Source: Haliotis rubra (lineage: Eukaryota). Taken from it: DNA of 64,000 nucleotides. The stretch covers positions 124,001 through 188,000 of the forward strand of contig NW_025765286.1 in the NCBI RefSeq assembly GCF_003918875.1, given 5' to 3'. Positions 35,905 to 47,239 of this stretch are shown here, in pieces. Below the pieces are notes generated by a model, which did not search any database, was not told the DNA's origin, and worked only from the letters and a program-made list of their open reading frames with translations. Positions within the stretch are counted from its first letter, which is position 1, and every line of letters begins with the position of its first letter. The translations under genes and the position numbers were made by a program.

Positions 35905-38333
35905 ATTAATGAAATCTCAGCTGGTAAATCACAGTGTTAGTAGACACAAAATCTTGCATCCAATTTGCGTAAAAGGTTGGATGAAAGTAAACTGCACTGT
36001 GAATCCTGTAGGATGCAAAGATAACATTTCAATTGTGAAATTTGTTGTGAGATTTGTGATGTCCAGTAAATGTCCGTGTTTCATTTCAAACATTTCTGTG
36101 AGTAGTGTAAGGCTTCACGAGTATTTTATTTTCAATAGGATCAAGTGTATATGAACAACCCCTTCATAATTACCCAGAGTCCTTAGGACTTACAAATAGC
36201 AAGTCCCAGGTAAACCCTGGAATATTGGAAATTTAACAAGGTCAGAATATTGCTATGCTTACCCAGCTAGTAAGAACATTATGTACAACATTTGATGGGC
36301 TGCTTTATGTCAGGTGACCACGAGGGAGGCGCAGACGGACTGGACTTCGATGCAGACAACAATCTCCTGGCGGCTCACAGGGGCGGTGGATTTATTGAAG
36401 TATTCAGCTCGCAGGGAGGCCAGCCACAGAAGAGAATCAAATGCCCGTTTATGAGAACCAGCAACCTTCATTTCAAACCAAAGTCCAACACAGTGTACGT
36501 CACAGAGCATGACAATCATGGTCTATGGGAATTCAAGTGGGAAAACCAGGGGAAACCCCAAAAATGTGAGATGTTGTTTGACTAGACAGTCAAATAGACA
36601 GGAGCTCCTAGGTTGTTGTCCATAGGTGACCAAAATAGGCCAGTAGTGTGGACATCGACTAGGATGACATCTTTCTATTGTTAACCCAAATATCACATCT
36701 ATAGTGTTTAGTGGAGATGGTGCCTTATATTCATATCTTATATCCATTGCATAGCAAATACAATTGAAACCAACTGTTGTTTTTTCAGCATTAAGGGGTT
36801 TGTATTTTAATGACGCTGAACCAACTGTGATCATATAAAGAGTTTTAGAGAGTAAAATAGCTGCACCATGCCATATCACGCTTACCTCTGATAGGGAATG
36901 AAATTTTTTTAATGTGATATTTCACAATAACATGCTTAGAGAACAATGGAGAAAAACACAGTTAATTTCAGATAGTCGAATTGTTGACTTTTTCCTTATG
37001 CATGAAGAGAGTACTGTAGGTTATGTACTTCTAATAATTCACTATATGCCAAATGACATGATCAAATTGTTTTGGAGTATGGGAGTGAGACTAATTTTAG
37101 GAGGTTTCTAGCAACATTATACAGCTGTGAATATCCTGACAGTAGACTGATCATGCCATCCTTTACTTCAGCATTCCCTGACTGCAAGAAGTTGGTGCTT
37201 TCAGATATTTGATTTTCCTGCCATATGGGAACATGGTTTCTTGGATGTACAACTATGGTTGTTAAATTAAATATGTTTTATATTTATATTTCATATAATG
37301 CTTACACACTTGATCTCGTCTTAACAATGTAAAATGACATCTTTTATATCAGAATATATAGGCAACACAAAACAGACCTCTTCTTTGTGTTTTGTGTTAT
37401 TACATGATCTGAAAAATCACGGCATGTTTGAACAATCTGTTTGATGTGCAAGTTTCACTTTCACTTTGACTGATTTGGTTTGTTGATGTAATCTACAAAG
37501 AATGTTAGATCTATGTAAGAACATCAAGGAAAAGCTGGCAGCTCAAAATTCAGATTGTACCAGAGGTATCATACACTAATGCAAAAAGTCACGTGGTACG
37601 TTGCCAGCACCGACAACCTGTTTAAGATGGCTGTTTGGACAGAGATCTTTTATCCTGTCTACCCCAAAATACCCATGAGCCACTTTCCAGGATTGTGTTT
37701 CTTACTTTGTGCCCCAGTCCAGGTATATGACGATGACCTGTGATTTATTGAGTCTGTGTTACAGCAATGTTGTCTGCCCTCAGAGTATGAAGACAATTAA
37801 TAAACTAACTCACCAAATGTAACTGACCGGGTTTCTTCTTATGACAAGCTCAGGTTTGCAGGGGCTTTGTACTGTCTCTCGTACAACATTTGCCTCTTCT
37901 ATAAATGAGGCAGACCAGTGATAGAGCAACCAATCTATACCATTGGGTGTGATGACCATCTTAGGGCATCTTCCACAAAGTGGTCTTAGGACTAAGATGA
38001 CCGGCACCCCCATACTTCAACATAAAGCTATGGCAGTTGTAGCACCGCAATGAGTCCTAGTACCGACTGTTTCCAGGCAGTCCTCTTTTGATGGTAGCAC
38101 ACGGTATTGAGGATAACATTCTGCCCTGTAATCCCTGTGGGGATCCAGATATCCAGTTAAGATGCAATCTGACCTAATCATTAAACAAACACACCAGACT
38201 TGCCACATTTTAACAAGAAATGTATTCTATTATACACAGAATATGGCAAACATCCATCCAGAATATGTTATGTTGTCACACAGCTGTTGCAGCTATTCAC
38301 AGTAGGATCTGATGATATTAACAAGACCATGGT

Positions 38334-38455
38334 CTACTCAAGGGCCTTTGACAGGCTTCATAGCACTCTAAAGAAATCTGGGCTTCAGCCTTTGCTCTGT
38401 CAGAACTAGCAGAGTTGAAGTCCTGTTGTGCTTTGGCTAGACCATCTCGGATAGC
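38334..38455 (-). pseudogene. Orphan duplicate of the ATP5F1D last coding exon
   Basis: Near-identical to 47240-47362 with an intact acceptor; 1-nt deletion (GACAGG vs GACAGGG). Confidence 0.85.
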
Positions 38456-39096
38456 CTGAAAATTGATCAAGTGAAAAACTTACATGAGATACTACTACAA
38501 TCCATTTTATGACTACATAAGTTTATCTCTTTTTAAAAGCAACGAGCCATGCCATTTCAGATATGCTGTTTGTGCCAAGGAAGGGCATCCACTGACAAGG
38601 TGTTGGACAGTCTCTGTAAAATCATTGCAATTATCATTATTATTATTATAATAATAACCAAACAACGTGCAATTGTCGTTACAGAAAACTGAATCACGTC
38701 AAACCGAAAGATGCAACTTTTCTGAGGTTGAAATATATTTGTGTATGATAGAAATCAGACATTTGAAGCAAATTTGAACACACGCACGCGCACACACACC
38801 ACTGTAAGGAGACTTGCTGATATTTGGTCATCCTTCCTGGTAGTACGCGCGTCATCATGAGGACACACTTCCATGTATACAGCAAACATGTTCTAAGGGT
38901 TCAGTTTGCCTGTAAAACATTGCCTGCAAATATACACATATTATGTGAGGGCTACATTATACAGCACACATACAGCAGAACTTATATGTTACTGTGTTGA
39001 CTCATGTTGTGACATAAAGAGACAAAGGCTATATTAGAATCCGACATATGACATTTCATGTATAGAGTGTATCATACCGGCATGTATGTCATACCG

Positions 39097-39847
39097 TATA
39101 TGTTACAGGGAATGTGTGAAACCAGTGATTTCATGTAATCCCTAAAAGAGTCAGTGATTTTGTTAAATCTCTGTGACCCCCAGGGATTTCATGTATTCCC
39201 TAAAATTTCAAGGGATCTCGTGATTTTTACTGATATATTGGCTCAGTGATTTCATATGAAACCCCTGGAGCCTTTATTGAAATAGAAAACACCAAATTTA
39301 TGTTGCGAATACAGAGTATATGCTGATAACATTCATCTATTCGGACAAGATAGACTGTTATGACAGCGGCTATTACACTTCAGTCCCATTCTAAAACATT
39401 TACAACGTCTCGATTTACACTGGTTAGGACCACAATATTACATTTCTGGAAACCCTGACCACCACAACTCGACTCGGAAATCACAGCAGTCCAGAGAGAT
39501 ACTTCTTTGTCCATTGTCACAACATTCGCAGAGAGTGAACAAACCTTTGAGGATACCGGATTTCACGCCTTTAACAATAACAACACCAATATATATACCA
39601 CTCCCGGGGAATAGCTCTGGATCGGTGCATGTCCATTTAAGCTTCAAACGTTAATTTCACACATTCACTGATAGCCTAACAGGGAGTGTGTGTAATGGAA
39701 CACCATGAAAATCAGTAATTTCATCAAATCCCTTAAAACTTATGGGAATACATGAATTCTCTGGGGGTCACAGTGATTTCACAAAATCACTGACTCTTTT
39801 AGGGATTACGTGAAATCCCTGGTTTCACACATTCCCTGTAACATATA
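39097..39847. mobile_element. Long-TIR foldback MITE upstream of DFPase copy C
   Basis: Same inverted termini as 31992-32714. Confidence 0.8.
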
Positions 39848-40068
39848 TACGTCTTTGGTCCTAGTACTGATTTTACAAAGGTAGTGTTCATGTAATATTG
39901 TTTTTGACTTTCCGAACGATTACATAAATCCACTTGTTATGATGTTTCCACGTATTGGTCTATTTTCATTAGTACAGATCTGTATAAGTGTCGTTGAGTG
40001 CAAGTTTTAACACTGCGCTTTAACAGTCTCCGCATATCAGTTAAGATCCCAGTTTAGAAACGACAACA

Positions 40069-43000
40069 ATGGCGGAAAACCCGGAAGCAGTTGTAGTGGA
40101 GCCGCAATTTTCGAAAATTGTAGATGGCTTGCATGGGGCCGAAGGTCCAGTGTTTGACAGAAACGGGAACTTTTTCATGGTAGCTCCAGAAATAGAGAAA
40201 GATGGAAAATTTGCGGGACAAGTTTTGAAAGTGGACTTAATCAATAAACAGGTGCCCGTTTGTTTACTTATTATTTGCCACGCCTCCTCTTCCACGAGGT
40301 TTCAATTACACGCCCAGATACTCATGTGTAAAATAATTTTGCCTTAGCACACAATTGATTGAAAACACATGTAGGTCTTTATTTTTTAAATCCAGTTTTA
40401 CGCATGATACCTATGATTATCTCATGTTCGGTTGGACTAAATTGATCTTTTTAGACATGTTAGTCCAAATATGGTTAACAGAATATAATTAACACTGAGT
40501 TTCATGTAACGTCCAATTTCATTTAGGCATAAACTTATTGTCAAATATACATGTGTCTCTCATTTGAGTATTTCCAATTTCATTTGGATGTAACTTCAAA
40601 ACTAGAGACCGGTCTGACCATGGTAGTTATCTGCATAATATAGGCTGACATATAATGAAGCTTTTCATTTCACTTAAACCTGGATTGTGCCAGCTCAAAA
40701 CTATTTATGTTTTTCATGAGCTTTTATAAATCAATAATCCATGAAAGTAAACTTTACTCAAGTGATGCTGAAGGGGTCGTCGGCACAGGTACTACAGCGA
40801 GATACGTACCCCAGGTACGTTTCTGTATACAGATATGTACCCTGAACAAAGTCAAAGTACAGAAACGTACCCGGTACCCTAAAAGGCGGACGAGTCCATA
40901 TTCCGCAATCAAAAACCGAAACCGTATGTAGTTGTTCCCGTTCAACTGATTCCGAGTGGTATTCAAGTGCATCGCGAAATATCCGTTACTGTGTATTCTC
41001 ATTACTTACCTAACGCAATCAAATGTATCTAATACGACAGTATGACAGTTCCAGTCAAGAATACGACACAATGGGAATGGAATCCTCCTCGGGTACGTTT
41101 CTGTATTCTCATTATGGCCAACGTATGTTTCTGTATACAGAAACGTACCTGGGGTACATATCTGTAGTACCCGTGCTGACAACAACCCCTTCAGCCTGAC
41201 CATATGTGACCTCATTGGCCATTTGCCACTAACTGGATTTCACTAACTAACAGGATTTTTTTATGGCCACCTTGACGAGTTAGCATTGATGCTGATGTCG
41301 TGAGCACTGATCTTTGCCGTCAGTGCACCATAACATGCAAATCTGATCCAGTCATTTGCTGAGGACCTTTTGTAACCCTGAAGTAATCAGTGTTAATACA
41401 TATGATACATTATCATGAGTAATACTACAAATACTAACAACAACAACAATAATAATAGAATGTATGATGTACAATTTATGTGTTGGAGGCACTAGGACTG
41501 AGATGTCTACTTGGTTGTGTCTAGGCGAGTGTGCTGTGTGAGCCGGTGGTGGAGGGGGAGGGGGGAGTCCCAGCAGGCTGTCAGTGTGACAAGGAAGGGA
41601 ACCTGTGGATCGCGGACATGAGACTTGGAATCATCAAAGTCACCCAGGATGGACAGATGACACAGGTTGGTTTATTTTGTCTTATGTCCATTACTTTGGC
41701 ATTTTATCACAGCATTGAGATACTACTGTATGTTTGTACTTTAGATTATTGTGAAGGTGGGTGTTATAAGAAATACATTCTTGAAGAAAAAAGAATGCTT
41801 GAATGAACAACTTCTTTATTAAACTGAGAGCAATGTTTTGGTGTAGTTTCGAACTCTGTTATCAAGAAAGTGAACCTTCACTGAATTGTCACTCCCACTG
41901 TGATTAACAAGCTGTTCCATTATATTCTTATTTTCCTTAAAACTCCAACTTCTAAATACCTCTTAGAAATAAGATACATGTTTGTTTGTGAGTAATTGTG
42001 GTCACTGCACCTGCACCAGATCCAAACTTGAAAACATATAAATCAGTGAGGCAGACAGTCATCTTTAATGATCCAGTGTATTATATTATAATGCCATTTG
42101 CTTATGTACCCCAACCCAATCACTACCATAGCTATGTACTTGACCCTTCATGATTTAACCAACTCAAGCTGCCTTGTGTATACACAGCAGAGAATTTTGT
42201 GGATGGCTTTATTTAGGATTGAGATTTTGACCAAATATGGGTACGTTATTCTGGATAACTGAGGGTGGATTGTGGGATTGTCCTTTGCTTAAAGAATGTA
42301 TTTGAATTGATACAGAGATTCTAAATAGCAACTATCCAGAGGGCAAATTAGTGAACTCCAGGATCTCTATGTATATATATTCAAAACTAAGTGGATTGAT
42401 TGTTATGGTATGATGTGGGTCCCATGATGTGATAGCAAGGAAACAGAATTCAATGGAAGCTGATGGAAGCAGAGCAACTCTTAGATGTATAGGGTTTGAA
42501 TGAAGTCAAATACTCAGACATCTGAAACTAATGATGTGCTATGTGGACGCAGGTGTGTCGCCAGGACAGCGAGGGACGTCCGATGCAGGGATGTAATGAC
42601 TGCATATTTGACTATCAGGGGTCCCTGTGGGTCACAGCGCCAGCAGGAGAGATAGCTCCAGCTCCATACACAAGGTCAATGGAGGTTTGTGTGTTGTCAA
42701 AGACAGACTGGTGATTTATCCAGACCTTCCAATAGGCTGATATTTGGCCATGTGTGTGCAGTAATGGTCAAAATACTCTCCAAATTGGATTTAAAATTTT
42801 TCCAATTCTTTTTTATTAAAATTATAACCAATGTATGAGAATATCTGCATGTTAAACCATGGTTTTGTTCTTCAACACTGCATGTTACAGCATTAGCAGT
42901 GTTTACTAATCAGTCTCCTTCCTTCCTATTCCTCCATTATAGGAGCCATTTGGATCAGTGTACTGCATGCTGACAAGTGGTCAAGTTGTCCGAGTGGACA

Positions 43001-44309
43001 CTGGTATTCGTTTTCCCAACGGCATTGCAGTTCTACATACAGATGACGGGCGTCCCAAGAAGCTGATCGTGGCAGAGACCCCCACTAAGTTGCTGTGGAG
43101 TTATGACATTGTGGAGCCAGGCAAAGTTGCCAATAAAACTATCTGGGGACGACTATCAGGTAATAGATAGTGCTGTATGTTTGGAGCTTATACATGATCA
43201 AATCTGGACCAAACAATCCAGTGACAGCAATTATGATCCTTGTCATCAGAGTATGACACACTGTCAACCTGATGAAGATAATCTAGCTGTTTGAAGCTAA
43301 TCCAGAAATTTGTCCATTTTACAAAAGTTACAGATCCTGACCTAATGTATTGCTTAACTGATTCTAATTTTTGTGAATATACATCGATGACACCATATTA
43401 TGTCCACAACAGAAGATTTCATTTGAACAAACTTCTATGTGAGGCTCAAAAAGTCAATAATCAAACAGGGCAGTTGGGTAGCCTTGTGGTCAAAGTGTAC
43501 GCTCATCACGCTAAAGACCCGGGTTTGATTCCCCACACGGGTACAATGTGTGAAGCCCATTACTGGTGTCTTCCGCCGTGATATTGCTGGAATATTGCTA
43601 AATGCTGTGTAAATCCATACTCACTCACTCACTCACTCATTAATCAAATCTCGTTTGCCGATACATCACAGTGTTAGTAGACACAGGTAGACAATCCAAT
43701 TTTCGTAAAAGGTTGGATCAAAGTAAACTGCACTGTGAATCCTGTAGGATGCAAAGATAACATTTCAATTGTGAAATTTGTGATGTCCAGTAAATGTCCG
43801 TGTTTCATTTCAAACATTTCTGTGAGTAGTGTAAGGCTTCACGAATATTTTATTTTCAATAGGATCAAGTGTATATGAACCACCCCTTCATAATTACCCA
43901 GAGTCCCCAGGACTTAAAAATAGCAAGTCCCAGGTAAACCCTGGAATATTGGAAATTAAACAAGGGCAGAATATTGCTATGCTTACCCAGCTAGTAAGAA
44001 CATTATGTACAACATTTGATTGGCTGCTTTATGTCAGGTGACCACGAGGGAGGAGCAGACGGACTGGATTTCGATGCAGACAACAATCTCCTGGTGGCTC
44101 ACTGGGGCAGTGGATTTATTGAAGTATTCAACTCTCAGGGAGGCCAGCCACAGAAGAGAATCAAATGCCCATTTATGAGAACCAGCAACCTTCATTTCAA
44201 ACCCAAGTCCAACACAGTGTACGTCACAGAGCATGACAATCATGGTCTATGGGAATTCAAGTGGGAAAACCAGGGGAAAACCCAAAAATGTGAGATGTTG
44301 TTTGACTAG
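40069..44309 (+). CDS. Diisopropyl-fluorophosphatase (DFPase)-like protein, copy C, intact, 314 aa
   Basis: Exons 40069-40251, 41525-41665, 42553-42684, 42943-43159 and 44038-44309 total 945 nt, all GT-AG and in phase. Motifs GAEGPVFD, GCQCD, ADMRLG, DSEGRPMQGCNDC, FPNGIAV, AETPT, HEGGADGLDFD, SNLHFKP and VTEHDN correspond to squid DFPase, including positions E21, N120, N175, D229, D232, H274 and H287. Confidence 0.95.
40767..41195. mobile_element. MITE in intron 1 of DFPase copy C
   Basis: Inverted termini of about 65 bp, GCTGAAGGGGTCGTCGGCAC... and ...GTGCTGACAACAACCCCTTCAGC; absent from copy B. Confidence 0.75.
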
Positions 44310-47239
44310 ACAGTCAAACAGACAGGAGCTCCTAGGTTGTTGTCCATAGGTGACCAAAAGAGGCCAGTGGCGTGGACATCGACTTGGATGACATCTTCCT
44401 CTTGTTCACCTAAACATCACATCTTTAGTGATTAGTGGAGATGGTGCCTTATATTCTTATCTAATGTCCATGCTATAGACCCAGCAACTTGCATTTTAGG
44501 CCCAAGCCCTTTAGGCCCAAGTAGGCTCCATGTCCATGGGCCAGGGATGTGTCTGGGTGAGAAGCGTAAGCCATTCACCTGTGGGCTGTATTATACTTGA
44601 AGGCAAAAGATACTGATCACACACATTTTTGTAACATCTGAAAGTTTATGATAGTAATGATGGAATATATGACCTTGCAGAATACATGCTAGTGTAATCT
44701 GAACATTTGGTCAAAAAGGTCATGTCATATTTCTGTCCAATGTATAAAGGTGAATAATAATGAAATATTGATGTATAACAAATACCAAAATTACTCTAAA
44801 AAGACAAATTACCATCAATATTCCATGAAGACTTTATTTTATATACGTTTTAGATACTTACTGGAATAAGAATATTATCAGTTTCTTAGCCATTGAGTAG
44901 TGTTTTGTCTTGTGTGCAAAACTGTTGCTTTGTGGATGCTGTGCTACTATGGAACACCAGTGCCATACAGTGCCATAAGTCACTTGTGATGATTGTTTAA
45001 CAGTCTTTGATTTATTATTTATATATTTATGTCCATTGTGGAAGTAGTTAATGTAGACTGGCTCAAAAAGGAAGAAATGGCAAGGCTTTCTGTTGAAGAC
45101 AGATTAGCAAATATTGATAATGAAATGTAGATATTTTGCCTGAAAGGTGGTACATTGCAAATACAGCTAAGATACCTCTGTAAGGAAGGATATAGAAACA
45201 AAATATGGAACTAACTTTTAGAACATGCAAAGTTCAAAATATCTTAATGAAGTCATATATTTTTCTTGGTTTTGGTGTTGTAATATATTGTTGACTGAAT
45301 ACAGTTGATGTTCCATCAGGTGTATATTTCATCTGAGTCTGAGAACTATGACAGATTGTATAGGTGGTGGGATGTGTGGTCTGTGTACCGGTCACTGAAA
45401 ATTATGCCCTGTTGGGAACTAAAGGTTTTGTTCGTGCAAGTGCATATTTATGTTTATTTATTATTTATGTTTAACTGAACTAGCTCAAAAACTCCTTTTA
45501 CAGTCAACAGAAGAGCTCCTATGGAAGATTTAACATACAAGCAGTTGCAGTGAAGCTGTTGCGGCTGTGTAATAATTAATCTCCACGGTAACTGCATGTG
45601 AATGTAGCATCATTGTGCCTCAACGCTGTTAGTGAACCACATTGTCAGTGTGATGAAATACACATTACTGAGACATCAGCTTATTTCATTTGCATAGCAA
45701 ATACAGTTGAAACCAACATTTGATTTTTCAGCATTAAGGGGTTGGTATTTTCATGACGCAAAGCAACTGTGATCATAGAGAGTTTTAGAGAGTAAAATAG
45801 CTGCACCATGCAATATCACGCTTTACCTCTGATAGGGAATGAAAAGTTTTAAATGTGATATTTCACAATAACATGCTTAGAGAACAATGGAGAAAAACCC
45901 CAGTTAATTTCAGATAGTCGAATTGTTGACTTTTTCCTTATGCATGAAGAGAGTACTGTAGGTTATGTACTTCTAATAATTCACTATATGCCAAATGACA
46001 TGATCAAATTGTTTTGGAGTATGGGAGTGAGACTTATTTTAGGAGGTTTCTAGCAACATTATACAGTTGTGTTGTGAATATCCCGACAGTAGACTGATCA
46101 TGCCATCCTTTACTTCAGCATTCCCTGACTGCAAGAAGTTGGTGCTTTCAGATATTTGTATTTCCTGCCATATGGGAACATTTTTCTTGGATGTACAACT
46201 ATGGTTGTCAAATTAAACAAATATGTTTTATATTTATATTTCAGTTTTCATATATGCTTACAGACTTGATCTCTTGTCTTAATGTGAAATGACATCTTTT
46301 ATATCAGAATATATAGTCAACACAAAACAGACCTCATCTTTGTATTTTGTGTTATTACATGATTTGAAAAATCACGGCATATGTGAAAAATCTGTTTGAT
46401 GTGCAAGTTTCACTTTCACTTCGAGTGATTTGGTTTGATTGGATTGATGCTATCTACAAACAATGTTACGAGCTATATTAGAACATCAAGGAAAAGCTGG
46501 CAGCTCGAAATTCAGTTTGTACCATGAGGTTTCACTGATGCAAAAAGTCACGTTATATGTTGCCAACACCGACAACAGAGATGTTTTATCCAGCCTACCA
46601 CAAAATACCATGAGCCACTTTCCAGGATGTTGTTTGTTACTTTGTGCCACTCTCCAGGTACATGACGATGACCTGTGATTTATTTAGTCTGGACCAGACA
46701 AACCAGTGATGTTGTCTGCCCTCGGGGGTATGAAGACAATAAACCAAACCACCAACTGTGACTGCCTGGGTTTCCTCTTATGACAAGCTCAGGTTTCAGG
46801 GGCTTTGTAGTATCTCTCGTACAACATTTGCCTCTTCAACAAATGATGTAGACCAGTGATAGAGCAATGATCTATACCACTGGGTGTGATGATCCTTGGT
46901 CTAAGATGATCGTAACCCCCATACTTCAACATAAAGCTATGGCAGTTGTAGCACCGCAATGATTCCTAGTACCGACTGTTTCCGCGCAGTCCTCTTTTGA
47001 TGGTAGCACACGGTATTGAGGATAACATTCTGCCCTGTAATCCCTGTGGGGGTTCAGATATCAAGTTAAGATGCAATCTGACCTAATCATTAAACAAACA
47101 CACCAGACTTGGATCATTTTAACAAGAAATTTATTCTATACACAGAATATGGCAAACATCCATCCAGAATATGTTATGTTGTCACTCAGCTGTTGCAGCT
47201 ATTCACAGTAGGATCTGATGATATTAACAAGTCCATGGT

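Larger units (their letters stand above)
32936..36585 (+). pseudogene. DFPase-like copy B, pseudogene
   Basis: Exon 1 starts MAENPEAVVVEPQF but is frameshifted and loses its 3' end and donor at about 33054; exon 2 is deleted (junction about 33861); exons 34575-34706, 35209-35425 and 36314-36585 remain open. Confidence 0.85.
31948..38524 (+). repeat. Segmental duplication unit 1 (paralogous to 39053-47431)
   Basis: Colinear near-identity of promoter MITE, DFPase exons and introns, 3' region and ATP5F1D last exon with unit 2, apart from indels. Confidence 0.9.
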
